Assembly (NCBI GenBank): GCA_030427825.1
Contig: JAUICO010000008.1
Location: 513-64,512, forward strand
Source: a bacterium
Lineage (GTDB): Bacteria > Myxococcota_A > Bradymonadia > REDH01
Direction: 5' to 3'
Length of the DNA: 64,000 nt
Position 1 is the first letter of the stretch, and every line of letters starts with the position of its first letter. Positions 1 through 10,700 of this stretch are shown here, piece by piece. The notes under the pieces were generated by a model that ran no database searches, was not told the DNA's origin, and worked only from the letters and a program-made list of their open reading frames with translations. The position numbers and the translations under genes were made by a program.

Positions 1-1
1 C

Positions 2-1015
2 TATCACGCCTTCCCGAACCTCTATGCCATCCGGGGCACCGCCTGGCGCGACGTCAGCCTCTGGGTGGCCTCCCTTGATCGCGCCCGCAGCTACCCCGCA
101 GAGGTCCTCGTGCCCTGTCACGGCGCCCCCATCGTGGGCCGCGACGAGATCGCGGCCACCCTACGCGACTACCGCGATGCCATTTCCTATGTATATCACC
201 AGACCATTCGCGGCATGAACGCCGGGCTGACGCCGGACGAGCTCGCAAACAGCGTGCGTCTGCCCACACACCTGGCGTCACGCCCCTACCTCGCCGAGCA
301 CTATGGCCGCGTCGACTGGTCGGTTCGCGCCATCTTCGCAGGGAATCTGGGCTGGTTCAGCGGCGACGCCTGCGACCTCGATCCCCTGCCTCGCAGCGAG
401 CGTGCGCCACGTCTCGTGGCCCTGGCCGGTGGCGAAGGCGCGTTGCTCGCGGCGGCGCAGTCCGCGCTGGACAGCGGAGACCATCGTTGGGCCCTCGAGC
501 TTGGCACCACCCTCTTCGATGCCAACATCCGCCGTAGCGAAGCCGCCGGCGTTCGCGCTCAAGCCCTCCGAGCGCTTGCGCAGCTGGAGCCGAGCGCGAA
601 TGGTCGAAACTACCGCCTGACCCAGGCACTCGAGGCCGAGGGCTTTGAAATTCCGCGACCGTCATTGCGCGTGTCCGCAAAGAACATGCTCGCCGAGCTT
701 TCGATCGATGCCTTCTTCGCGGCAATGCAGGCGCGTGTCGATCCGAAACGCGCCGCCGGTGTCGAGTCATCGATCGCGTTTCAGTTCACAGATATCGATC
801 GCAACTTCACACTCTGTGTGCGCCGCGGAGCGACAGAACTCAGCCAAAGCGCCGACAGCGACGCGAACGCAACCCTCACGACCACGACCCTGATATGGAA
901 GGAGCTGGCCGTCGGCATACGACGCCCGGCGGGCGCCGTCGCTACCGGAAAGCTCAAGATCCGAGGCGACGCCGCAGCGCTCACGCGAGTCCTGCTCTGC
1001 TTTGACCGTGAGTGA
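2..1015 (+). CDS. alkyl/aryl-sulfatase (MBL-fold, SdsA1/YjcS-like), C-terminal part; 5' end outside window
   Basis: Frame is open from nt 2 (YHAFPNLYAIRGTAWRD...). It continues into ORF 65..1015. Dimerisation-region-like HYGRVDWSVRAIFAGNLGWFSGD...GDHRWALEL, then an SCP2-like tail (FQFTDIDRNFTLCVRRG...GKLKIRGD). Confidence 0.75.
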   Translation, partial: YHAFPNLYAIRGTAWRDVSLWVASLDRARSYPAEVLVPCHGAPIVGRDEIAATLRDYRDAISYVYHQTIRGMNAGLTPDELANSVRLPTHLASRPYLAEHYGRVDWSVRAIFAGNLGWFSGDACDLDPLPRSERAPRLVALAGGEGALLAAAQSALDSGDHRWALELGTTLFDANIRRSEAAGVRAQALRALAQLEPSANGRNYRLTQALEAEGFEIPRPSLRVSAKNMLAELSIDAFFAAMQARVDPKRAAGVESSIAFQFTDIDRNFTLCVRRGATELSQSADSDANATLTTTTLIWKELAVGIRRPAGAVATGKLKIRGDAAALTRVLLCFDRE

Positions 1016-1134
1016 GCGCATTGACTGCGATACGCCGTGGTGCTGCGGGTTGGACCGACGACTCGGCGTCGGCGCTGAGAAGCGAGCATCGAGCCCGCCG
1101 ACGACGGTCGAACCCGGCAATGCAGTGAGGCCAG

Positions 1135-1950
1135 ATGGGTAAGAAGGACACATTCCGCGACAGGGTCGCGCTGATCACCGGCGCCGCCTCCGGCATCGGG
1201 CGCGCGCTTTCGATCGAGCTGGCAGGTCGCGCCTCACGGCTCATCCTTGTCGACATCAACGCGGATAAACTCGAAGAGCTTCGCGGCGAGCTGCGACTCC
1301 GCGGAGCTCGCGTAGAGACCATCGTCGCAGACATGAGCGACCGATCCGCAGTGTTGGATCTGGCCGATACCGCCTGGCAGGTACACGGCGGCATCGACTA
1401 TCTGTTTAACAACGCGGGCACCGCGCTGGTGGGCTCGATGAAGGAGACAACGCTCGAAGAGTGGGAGCGCCTCGTCGAACTGAATCTCTGGGGCCCCATC
1501 CGGCTCACACACACCCTGCTGCCGAAAATGATCGACGGCGGTGGCGGACACATTGTCGTGACCGCCAGCCTTGCGGGACTCGTCGGCACCCCGGGCTTCT
1601 CCGCATATAGCATGACCAAGTTTGCCATGACCGGGGCCTTCGAGTCCCTGAGTATCGAGTGCGCCGGTGACAACATCCATGTGTCTATCATCTGCCCCGG
1701 ATACGTTCGCACCGACCTCGTGCGTTCGAGCACGTACGCAAACAAGACGATGGAAGACATGCTGAAGACCGCGCCGTCCTGGTACGGCACAACGCCTGAG
1801 AGCGCGGCGCGCGCGATCGTCCGAGGTGTCCGAAAGAGGCGACTCTATATCCTCGTCGGACCGGAGACGAGCGCCTGGTACCTCAAGCGCCTGTCTCCGC
1901 GCCTCTATCATGCGATCACACGCTTTGCGTCGCGTGCAGGCGGCCTCTGA
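1135..1950 (+). CDS. short-chain dehydrogenase/reductase (SDR) family oxidoreductase
   Basis: 271-aa ORF with the TGAASGIGRA dinucleotide motif, NNAG, and the YSMTKFA (YxxxK) catalytic motif. Confidence 0.85.
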   Translation: MGKKDTFRDRVALITGAASGIGRALSIELAGRASRLILVDINADKLEELRGELRLRGARVETIVADMSDRSAVLDLADTAWQVHGGIDYLFNNAGTALVGSMKETTLEEWERLVELNLWGPIRLTHTLLPKMIDGGGGHIVVTASLAGLVGTPGFSAYSMTKFAMTGAFESLSIECAGDNIHVSIICPGYVRTDLVRSSTYANKTMEDMLKTAPSWYGTTPESAARAIVRGVRKRRLYILVGPETSAWYLKRLSPRLYHAITRFASRAGGL

Positions 1951-1987
1951 AGACCCAAATTCGCTAACATCAAACAGGCCCGGTATC

Positions 1988-2671
1988 ATGATCACGCTCT
2001 ATCGACTCGAATCCTCACCCTTTGTTGACAAGGTGGAGCGTGTGCTCCGCTACAAAGGTCTCGACTTCGCATCGGAGACCCTTTCAATTGCGGACTACAA
2101 AGCCCGCGAGTCCATCCACCCGTCAGCCAAGTGCCCACTCCTCGAGCACGACGGCACCATAGTGGGCGACTCCACTCAGATCTGCCTCTACCTTGAAGAG
2201 ACCTTTCCTGAGCCGGCGCTGATTCCGAGCAACCGGAGGTCCCGGGGGCTGTGCATGATGCTCGAAGACTGGGCGGATGAGAGTCTGTATTTTCACGAGA
2301 TGCGCCTGCGCATTACGATGCCGCACAACGCACGACGCATCCTGCCGTCGATGGTCACCGGCGAACCGGCGTGGATGCGCAAGTTTGCGATGCGTGTCAT
2401 TCCACACGCTGTTAAGATGACTCTGCATATTCAGGGGATGGGTCGCCGAGACGAAGACACCTTCATCGCAGACATCGGCAGACACCTCGACTCCGTCGAG
2501 TCGGCCCTTTCGCGCTCCGCCTTTCTCGTCGGAAACACACTCACCCTTGCCGACATCGCAGTGTTCGCGCAGGTAGCGTGTATTCTTCAATCAGACGAAG
2601 GCGACGCTGCAGCTGCGCCGCTTTCGCGACTCAGGGCGTGGTACAAACGAGTCGACGAGCTCACCGCCTGA
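1988..2671 (+). CDS. glutathione S-transferase family protein
   Basis: In-frame ATG at 1988 (MITLYRLESSPFVDKVERVLRYKGLDF...) gives a thioredoxin-like GST N-domain plus a helical C-domain. The 1826 start in the ORF track overlaps the SDR gene and is rejected. Confidence 0.8.
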   Translation: MITLYRLESSPFVDKVERVLRYKGLDFASETLSIADYKARESIHPSAKCPLLEHDGTIVGDSTQICLYLEETFPEPALIPSNRRSRGLCMMLEDWADESLYFHEMRLRITMPHNARRILPSMVTGEPAWMRKFAMRVIPHAVKMTLHIQGMGRRDEDTFIADIGRHLDSVESALSRSAFLVGNTLTLADIAVFAQVACILQSDEGDAAAAPLSRLRAWYKRVDELTA

Positions 2672-2704
2672 GATCAGCCGGCGCCCCGCAGAGCCTCGAC
2701 CCTG

Positions 2705-5700
2705 TTAGCGGCGCCGGCGTAATCCAAGCATCGCAAGGAAGAACAGCCCACACAGGCCGGCAGGCGCGTTGCCGCGTACGCTTGTGCATCCTCCGCTGTC
2801 GCCGTCGTCCTCACTGTCTGCACAGACGCCGGCGCCGGGTACGTCGCCTTCTATATCGCAGAGATCGCCGGCACCATCGCCATCGCAATCCGCCTGGTCC
2901 GGATTCGCAGTGTGCGGGCAGTTGTCATCTTCGAAGGGCACACCGTCGCAGTCACCAACGGTGGGGCACACTGAATCGGGCCCATCAAAGTCCAGGTAGT
3001 TGGGCGCCCCGTCGCTGTCGCCGTCCTGACGACCGGCTCCCAGGCCACCGTCATCTCCGTCGTCGATGCCCTCACTGTCTCCGTCGGCGTCTGTGTCCAG
3101 CCAGTTCAGCGCGTCGTCGCCGTCAAGATCGGCGGCGTCGCCGAAGCTGAGGCCCAGATCACGGCTGTCCTGCACTTCAAACAGGGTGTTGATTCCGTCG
3201 TTGTCATCATCCACATCCAGCGCATCTACCGTCAGGTCACCATCGCTGTCCTGCGAAGTCGCGGCGCCCTCGCCGAACAGGCCGCCGAGACAAACAACGG
3301 CTCCGTCAACAACCACATCTACGCCACCGTGTCCGGACTCATCGCACAGTCCGTCGCCGTCAGAGTCGGGATCAAGGTAGTCTGTTACACCGAGGCGCTC
3401 AGCTGACGACGCCATCCCATCATTGTCGTCGTCACTGTCGAGGGCGTCGACGACTCCATCTCCGTCCGAATCGCGACCCTGCACGATCTGTTCTCCGCGA
3501 ACACACACGCCCGCAACTGTGATGGCGCCGTCGCAGACGCCGTCGCCGTCCGTATCCGCCGCGGCGGGGTTTGAGCCGAGGCGGGTCTCCAATTCGTCGA
3601 ATACGCCATCGCCGTCGCTGTCGTAGGTGCAGATGCTGTCAGAGCAGATTCCTGCTGCCCCGCAATCTGCGTTGAAGATGCAGTCCTGACGGCAGAGTCC
3701 GCTGTCGCAGCGAGAGGCTGCCGGGCAATCGTCATCCGCGGTGCAAACCACACCGCACGCGCCATCCACACAATCTTCTCCGCTTCCACAATCTGTACCT
3801 GCGAAGCACTCCGCGACACAGCGCCCCTGATCACAGGTATGTGCGAAGGGGCAGTCGCGGGTAGCCGTGCACTCCGGGACGCAGGTCAGGGTGTCTCGGG
3901 CGCATCGACCCTGCTCACATTCGGCGTCAGAGATGCAGTCGGGGACGCATATGCCCTCTGCGGAGCAGCCTTCGCCGGCTGCGCAGTCATCCACAGATGC
4001 ACAGGTTGTCGTGCACTCGTGGGTGTCCGTGTCGCAGCTTCCGCTGTCGCAGCCTACCAGCTCAGAGCAGGGTTCCACGCAGGTCAGCGTCGCCGCAGAA
4101 CAGACATCATCACCGCAATCCGCGTCACTGGTACACTCCGGGGCACACACAGAGTCCGCGGTACACACCTCGCTGCCCGAGCAGTCCACATCGTCGGAGC
4201 ACTCTCGGCGGCAGGTTGCGGACGCGCCGTCACAGACTTCTGCGCCGAAACAATCTGCGTCCTGTTCACACTCGGGCTCGCAGCGCATAGCGGCCGGGTC
4301 GCAGCTTTCCGTGTCGTCGCAGTCGGCGTCACTTTCGCACTCCGGCTGACAATCACCATCGATACAGATCAGCGTACCTGAACAGTCCGCGTCGTTGAGG
4401 CAGGTGTCTGAGACGCAGACACCGGTGTTGTCGCACACCAGCCCGTCCGCGCAGTCCGAATCTGCGGTGCACCGCGGCCCGCAGCTACCCTCGACCACGT
4501 CGCACAGCTCGTCCACTTCGCAGTCCGCGTTCGTGACACATTCCGGGACGCAACGGTGTGTGCTCGCGTCACACTCTTCGCCGCCCGTACACTCCGAATC
4601 GTCCGCGCATTCAGATACGCAGAAGTCATCCACACAGGAGTTCGGCGCGTCGGGGCAATCTGTGTCTGAAGCACATTCGGTCGCGCAGTACCCCTCGCCG
4701 GGTATGCATACGTAGTCGGTCGGGCAATCCGTGGCGTCCAGGCACTCGGGAACACAACGCAGGCTCACCCCGTCGCAGCGTTGCCCGAAACCACACTCCT
4801 GTTGGCTCGTGCATTCGGGACGGCATTCGCCTGAGCTCGTATTGCAGGTCAGTGGGAAGGGGCAGTGTGCGTCTATCGTACAGCCGGGCAGGTCTTCACA
4901 GGCGCCGGTGTTTGTGTCGCATATGGTGCCGTCCGCGCAATCCGGAGTGTTGGTCACGACACCGGCATCACAGCTGTCGATGGTACAGCCGACGCCGTCG
5001 TCCACCGGGGTGTTGCACCCGCCGCAGTGCGTGATGTTGAGCGCAGTGTCTACGCAGGTACCGGCGCACTCGGTCCGGCCTTCCGGACACGCACAGGCGC
5101 CGGCGACTTCACTGCACTCGAAGGGCGCGTCGCACTCGACGGTCGCGGTCTCGCACACACCTGTGCTGCTGTTGCACACTCGCTCGCCGTTGCAGATGAG
5201 TTCATCTCCAAGGAGGCCAGTCGCGGTGCACTCCGCGTCAACTGTGCAAAGACCACAGCTTCCATCGGACAGGCAGGAGCCCTCCTCACAGTCAGTGTCG
5301 GCAGAGCACGCGTCCACACATCGGCCGAGATCAAGAATGTTGGGAGGCAGGCACTCGCAGGTTCCGGCATCCGCGTCGGTGCAGCTTCGGTTCCCTTCGC
5401 AACATGCGCTTCCGCAGACGGACGCCGCGGGACATTCGCAGGCACAGGTCGCCTGATTCCAAACTTCGTTGCAGACTTCGCCGGACACGCCTTCCGGACA
5501 ACACTGATTGGTGAAGGTTTCAACAGCGCACAGATTGTCGGTGCAGACGCCCGCTGAGCACCCGTCGCCGGGCTGCGCAGGGCACTCGGCATCGACCAGG
5601 CAACAGTCCGTCGCCTCCGCCGGACACACGCACTCGCCGTTGGGCTCCGAGCATTCCAGTCCGTTGCCGCACTGCACCGCCGGCTGTTCTGCCGCCGCGC

Positions 5701-7549
5701 ACCGGTTCGCGCTCCGATCGCAGGTTTCTGCGCCGTTGCAGACAAGGCCGTCATCGCACTGGGAGTCCGCCTCACATGCGCAGAATGTGGCCAATCTGAA
5801 GCGATCGAAGAGCGCATAGGACGAAGCGCCCCGCGTGACGACGCGCACCGAGATCGTCGCCACTCCTGTGCTCGTAGCGGCAAAGCGCAAACCCCGGGCG
5901 GTGTCCCACTGCGTGGGCGCGGGCCCCGCTGCAGGCGCACGTGAGCCGGCCCGCAAGGTGTGGTCAGCGGTCGCGGCGCCGGTTACGACCACCTCAATTG
6001 CGGCGTCATCCGTGTCAACGAACTCGGCCGCCGCGAGGGGCTTGCGGCTGCCTGCCTCCACGGGCTGCACGTAGCGGCCGGTGACGGCGTAGTCGAAGGA
6101 CAGCACGTACTCTGTGCCTTCGCTCAGGGCGACGTTGGTCTCCACAGCCTCGTGAAGCCACACATCACCGCCGCTTCCGCGGCCCGGCACACTTTGTGAG
6201 AGCAGGCCGAGTGCAATAGTCCCGTCAGATGGCTGGTACATCGCACCGAGCTCAACACCGTCGTAGTCGCCGGTTTGTGTGGGTGCGCCGTCGTCATTGT
6301 AGTCCCCGTTCGTCCAACTCGGCAGGTCGAGCTGCGGCCGTGCCTCGCCTGGGTCGATGCCCCGGGCGTTTGAAGAGTGCATCCGCGGGGACAGCCACAA
6401 GTTGTCGGCGCCGGCGGCTAAGGTCGGTGTCATCAGATTCGCCGGCGCTTCAAAGGATCCACCGCTGATCAGGTTTTCTGAGCTCGAGCAGATTCCTTCG
6501 ACTTCGGCGTTGCAGCTCGCATCGCAGCCATCGCCGGGCTCGGTGTTGCCGTCGTCGCAGCTCTCGCCGGGGCCGGTGCTGCCGTCGCCGCAGGTGTACC
6601 CACAGCTGCCGGAGGCCCGGTCGCAGCTCCCCCCGGGGCAGTTGTCGTCTGTCTTGCAGATTTCCACCACGCAGCTCGCGGAGCAGCCGTCACCGTCTTC
6701 CTCGTTTCCGTCGTCGCACTCTTCACCGGCATCGATCACCAGGTTGCCACAGGCTGACACACAGCCGGCGTTTCGTTCGTCGCAGACTTCGCTGTCGGGA
6801 CACTCAACAGGCGCGCCGGCGGCGCAGGCTCCATTGGCGCCGCAGGTCTCGACGCCGCTACAGAAGGAGCCGTCACTGCAGTCGGCGTCGTCTTCGCACA
6901 CTCCGGGCAGACCAATGCACACGCCCGTGGGATCGAAGAACACCCGCATGTTATCCACCCAGATCAGCCCGTCCGGGTTTGTCGTCGCTTTGGCGCTCAC
7001 CTCGACTCGATACCCGGCACGAACGGGAGCGCCGATAGCGGACACATCGTTCGCGGGAGCGACCAGCACGGCGGTGACCCCCGCACTGCCGGCATCGATC
7101 CTGACGGGCTCTCCGGCGATCTCGCCCTCGCTTCCGATGAGGAGAATCCGCAGCCGGCGGTCAGAAATACCGGAGGCAGGGTCGTCAAATCCCTCCATCG
7201 ATGCGCAGTACGCGCCGCTGCCGCGCAGGGGTTCATCGATCTGATCTGCTACGTACACGCCGGTGCCGTCGATCTCGCAACCGCCGTTCAGGTCGTAGGT
7301 CCAGAGGCCAACCGGTGGGTCGTCGCCCTGCCCAAGCACAGGCGAATACGTATTCACGACGCTCGAGGCGCAGGGGGGCACGTCCCACGACGCATCCCAG
7401 GCCCCCGGCCCGAAATCGCCGTCTTCAAGCACAACCTGCGCCGACGGGGGCGCACCGCCGATGCATGCGACGCACAGGGCGACGAGCGCCGCCGATACAC
7501 GAAGAGGCGGCAGACCGGGTATCGGGTCCGAGGGGGTGACCGGCGTCAT
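2705..7549 (-). CDS. giant secreted Cys-rich repeat protein with thrombospondin type-3 repeats and MYXO-CTERM tail (paralog A)
   Basis: Single uninterrupted ORF 2705..7624. The codon at 7624 is TTG, so the ATG at 7549 (MTPVTPSDP...RVSAALVALCVACIGGAPPSAQV, signal-like) is preferred. Layout: two beta-sandwich-like modules, CGNLVIDAGEECDDGNEEDGDGC-type repeats, a long Cys4 module array, DxDxDGxxD Ca-binding repeats, and a GGCTSV...LFFLAMLGLRRRR tail. Confidence 0.85.
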   Translation of the reverse strand: MTPVTPSDPIPGLPPLRVSAALVALCVACIGGAPPSAQVVLEDGDFGPGAWDASWDVPPCASSVVNTYSPVLGQGDDPPVGLWTYDLNGGCEIDGTGVYVADQIDEPLRGSGAYCASMEGFDDPASGISDRRLRILLIGSEGEIAGEPVRIDAGSAGVTAVLVAPANDVSAIGAPVRAGYRVEVSAKATTNPDGLIWVDNMRVFFDPTGVCIGLPGVCEDDADCSDGSFCSGVETCGANGACAAGAPVECPDSEVCDERNAGCVSACGNLVIDAGEECDDGNEEDGDGCSASCVVEICKTDDNCPGGSCDRASGSCGYTCGDGSTGPGESCDDGNTEPGDGCDASCNAEVEGICSSSENLISGGSFEAPANLMTPTLAAGADNLWLSPRMHSSNARGIDPGEARPQLDLPSWTNGDYNDDGAPTQTGDYDGVELGAMYQPSDGTIALGLLSQSVPGRGSGGDVWLHEAVETNVALSEGTEYVLSFDYAVTGRYVQPVEAGSRKPLAAAEFVDTDDAAIEVVVTGAATADHTLRAGSRAPAAGPAPTQWDTARGLRFAATSTGVATISVRVVTRGASSYALFDRFRLATFCACEADSQCDDGLVCNGAETCDRSANRCAAAEQPAVQCGNGLECSEPNGECVCPAEATDCCLVDAECPAQPGDGCSAGVCTDNLCAVETFTNQCCPEGVSGEVCNEVWNQATCACECPAASVCGSACCEGNRSCTDADAGTCECLPPNILDLGRCVDACSADTDCEEGSCLSDGSCGLCTVDAECTATGLLGDELICNGERVCNSSTGVCETATVECDAPFECSEVAGACACPEGRTECAGTCVDTALNITHCGGCNTPVDDGVGCTIDSCDAGVVTNTPDCADGTICDTNTGACEDLPGCTIDAHCPFPLTCNTSSGECRPECTSQQECGFGQRCDGVSLRCVPECLDATDCPTDYVCIPGEGYCATECASDTDCPDAPNSCVDDFCVSECADDSECTGGEECDASTHRCVPECVTNADCEVDELCDVVEGSCGPRCTADSDCADGLVCDNTGVCVSDTCLNDADCSGTLICIDGDCQPECESDADCDDTESCDPAAMRCEPECEQDADCFGAEVCDGASATCRRECSDDVDCSGSEVCTADSVCAPECTSDADCGDDVCSAATLTCVEPCSELVGCDSGSCDTDTHECTTTCASVDDCAAGEGCSAEGICVPDCISDAECEQGRCARDTLTCVPECTATRDCPFAHTCDQGRCVAECFAGTDCGSGEDCVDGACGVVCTADDDCPAASRCDSGLCRQDCIFNADCGAAGICSDSICTYDSDGDGVFDELETRLGSNPAAADTDGDGVCDGAITVAGVCVRGEQIVQGRDSDGDGVVDALDSDDDNDGMASSAERLGVTDYLDPDSDGDGLCDESGHGGVDVVVDGAVVCLGGLFGEGAATSQDSDGDLTVDALDVDDDNDGINTLFEVQDSRDLGLSFGDAADLDGDDALNWLDTDADGDSEGIDDGDDGGLGAGRQDGDSDGAPNYLDFDGPDSVCPTVGDCDGVPFEDDNCPHTANPDQADCDGDGAGDLCDIEGDVPGAGVCADSEDDGDSGGCTSVRGNAPAGLCGLFFLAMLGLRRRR
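2708..2794 (-). other. MYXO-CTERM-like sorting tail of paralog A
   Basis: C-terminus GGCTSVRGNAPAGLCGLFFLAMLGLRRRR: Cys, then a hydrophobic helix, then an Arg cluster. Confidence 0.7.
2860..3640 (-). repeat. thrombospondin type-3-like Ca-binding repeat region (protein-level repeats)
   Basis: DSDGDGVFDELE, DTDGDGVCDG, DSDGDGVVDALDSDDDNDG, DPDSDGDGLCDE, DLDGDDALNWLDTDADGDS, and the canonical DNCPHTANPDQADCDGDGAGDLCD. Confidence 0.8.
3625..5790 (-). repeat. Cys-rich module region of paralog A
   Basis: The regular part lies at about 3625..4890. There, units of roughly 27 to 36 aa recur with 4 Cys each, e.g. ECTSDADCGDDVCSAATLTCVEP and ECESDADCDDTESCDPAAMRCEP. The region up to 5790 is more heterogeneous Cys-rich sequence. 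Confidence 0.75.
6505..6760 (-). repeat. two Myxococcus-type cysteine-rich repeats (CGNG..GEECDDGN..GDGC..C)
   Basis: CGNLVIDAGEECDDGNEEDGDGCSASC and CGDGSTGPGESCDDGNTEPGDGCDASC, matching my memory of the TIGR02232-type consensus. Confidence 0.7.
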
Positions 7550-7747
7550 GATTGTCTCACTGGCTGATGTCAGCGGCGGCTGCACGCAAAGCCGACAGCG
7601 CAAAAATGCCGGCTGTCTGGGCAATACTCGCCGCGCAGGTCCGTCGGAGGAGTCTGCCGATCACCTAACCATGAATCCTCTCACGGTGCCAACGACGCCG
7701 CCTCAGACGGTACCTGCACCGCTGCTGGAATGCAGCTCGATGTCGGC

Positions 7748-10700
7748 TCATCGCCGCCGGCGGCGACGGGCCAGAAGCGCCACTACGGCGAGGCCTGTGA
7801 ACAGTGTTGGCGCTGCCGGACGACGTGTGCTGCTGCAACCGCGGTCGGTGTCTGCGGGCGGCTCCGGCTCGACGTTGACGCAACGACCCTGCCCTTCGCG
7901 ATCCCCCTCAAGGTCGCAGACATCGCCGCTGCCGTCCCCGTCGCAGTCTTCCTGGCCGGCGTTCTGGCTGAAGGGACAGTTGTCGATCCGGTCGACCACG
8001 CCGTCCAGGTCCGAGTCGACCGCAACGGCGGCGCAGGGCTGGTCGTCGAGATAGTTCGGGACCCCGTTTCCGCTGCAGTCTCCGCGACCCGCGCCGAGCC
8101 CACCATCGTTGCCGTCGGCGACCGGCGCCGAAGGATCAGCGCTGTCACCGTCCGCGTCTACGTCGACCCAGTTGTTGAGGCCGTCGCCGTCCAGGTCGGC
8201 ATCTTCCGCCGCTATCCCCAGACCGGCGCTGAGCGCTGCGGTGTCGCTTACCTCGACTGCGGTCAGAATTCCGTCGTCGTCATCATCGATGTCGAGAGCG
8301 TTAATCGTCCCGTCGCCGTCGGTGTCCAGCCCTGAGCCGGCACCTTCTCCGCTCTCGCCCCCAACACAGGGAAGCGCAGCGGCACCTGTACGGCCCGGCC
8401 CATCGCAGAGTCCGTCGTGATCCGAGTCCGCAAGATACGGCTCTGTTGAGACCGCGAGCTCGGTGGCGGTCGGGACGCCGTCGTCATCGTCGTCCGCATC
8501 CAGAGCGTCCGGGATCAGATCCCCATCGGTGTCGCGCATTCCAACCAGGTCCTCTCCTGAGCGGCACTGTCCGGGTACGGCGATGAGGCCGTCGCAAAAG
8601 CCATCGCCGTCGCTGTCCGCCTGATTCGGATCGCCGCCAAGCGCGATCTCGACGCTGTTTGAAATCCCGTCGCCGTCGCTGTCGCCGATACAACGGTTCC
8701 CTTCGCATACCGCACCACCGGGACAATCATCATCGAATACGCATTCGCTGCGACACTGACCTGCAAGGCAGAGCTCCTCGTCAGAGCAGTCTTCGGCGTC
8801 CCCGCAGGTGTTCACGCAGCGCCCGTTGAAACACTCGCCGACAGCACAATCCGCCGAGATCATGCAGGCCGCCGAGCATCTGCCGTCTTCGTTGCACACT
8901 TCCGATGCACCGCAATCCGAGTCGACGAAACACTCGCGACGGCAGGTCAGGGACCCGCGGTCGCACCACGCACCGGTGCAGTCGCGGTTGCTGGTGCACG
9001 CGGGCACACAGCCCGCCGCGCCCGCACATACCTGTCCACCGCTGCACCCGGTGCTTCCACCACAGCTCGAAGTGCATACGCCGGTTGCCCGCCGGCAGCT
9101 CCCATCCGGGCAGTCTTCGTCGACAACGCACGGCGGCTCGCAGGTGCGGGTCGAAGGCACACACACAAGCCCGGGGGCGCAGTCACCGTTTTCAGCACAC
9201 TCCGCCCGGCAACGGCCCCCGTCGCAGATTTCGGTGCCGAAGCACTCCGAATTGCGAAGGCACTCTGCTGAGCAGGTCAGCGCCGATGAACACGCGAGGC
9301 CGGGGCCACAGTCGTCATCGTAGAGACAGCGCGGGCCGCAGGTTGCGGACTGCACGCGACACACGGAGGCGCCCGGGCAATCCGCATCGTCGGCACACTC
9401 GGGTTCACATTCGAGGCTGTCATTGCAGACTTCGCTTCCACAGTCCGCATCCGACGTGCACTCCGGCGTGCAGCGCCCACTGCTCCGATCGCAGCGCTCG
9501 GCGCCATCGCACTCAGCGTCGATGAGGCAGGGTTGCGCGCAGAAGCCGGCCGCCTCGCAGCGTCGTCCGGCCTCGCAGTCGATGTCCTCGATGCAGGCCG
9601 GCACACAGCGTCGCTCCGTGAGGTCGCAGGCGCGGCCGGCAGCGCAGTCCGAGGACGACGCACACTCGAATACGCAGCGACCCAGGGCACATATCTCGGA
9701 ACCCGAGCAGTCATCCTCCGTTACGCACTCGGAGCGGCACGTGAAGTTGAGCGGGTCGCAAATCTCGGCGCCGGTGCAGTCGCTGTCCGTGCTGCATTCC
9801 ATCACGCAGGCGCCACCCACGCAGACCTGCGCACCTTCGCAGTCAAGGCGGGTCGCACATTCGGGAGCACAGATCGAGAGCACCGGATCGCATCGTTCGC
9901 CGGCGCCACAGTCGGCGTCCAGCTCACATTGCACACCACACCGGCCGTCAGGCTGACACTCCAGGGTTCCGTTGCAATCCAGGTCGCTCGTGCAGCCGGC
10001 TGACACACAAACGCGCTCAGGACTGCATCGTTCGCCGGCGCCACAGTCCCTCTCCGACAGGCACACTGTCTCACAACTGCCGTCGATTTCGCAGCCGGGG
10101 ACGCAGACTTCGGCGTCCGTATCGCAGGCGAATTCGGAGTCGCAGTCCGTGTTGGACGTGCAGGAAACCAAACAGGTCCCGTCGCTCGCGCACACACTGC
10201 CTACGGGACACTCGTTGTCGGCGGTACAGTTCGGCCGGCAGCGCAATGATCCGCGATCGCACACAAAGTCGCCGGGGCAATCGCTGTTGTCGGTACATTC
10301 GGGCGCGCACACTCCCCCGGAACAACGCAACGCGCCGCCGCAGTCGAGATCGTCGCCGCATTCGGGGGTGCAGGTAAGAGAGAATGAGGAGCAGGTCGTC
10401 GCTCCGTCGCACTCCGAGTCGCCAACGCAGAGGGGACTACAGAGGCCCGAGTCATCGCAGGCAAGGGTGCCCGGGCAGTCGGTGTCCGACAGGCACTGCG
10501 TCTCGCAGATGTTGTCGCGGCAGACTTCACCGAGGGAACAACCCTCGTCGCCCACACAACGTACATCTTCGCATGTGTGTGTTGACCGGCGGCAGCGTTG
10601 TCCGAGTGAGCAGTGCTGATCCGCTTCGCACTCCGGGCCGCAGGTCTGCGAGATCAAATCACACACCTCGGTACCATTGCAGTCTGCGTCTTTTCTGCAT

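Noticed and set aside
2677-2718. GCCGGCGCC...GGCGCCGGC inverted repeat after the GST gene, considered as a terminator.
   Set aside because: The loop is 24 nt and the right arm lies inside the coding end of the giant gene. There is no T-tract, so the evidence is too weak to call.
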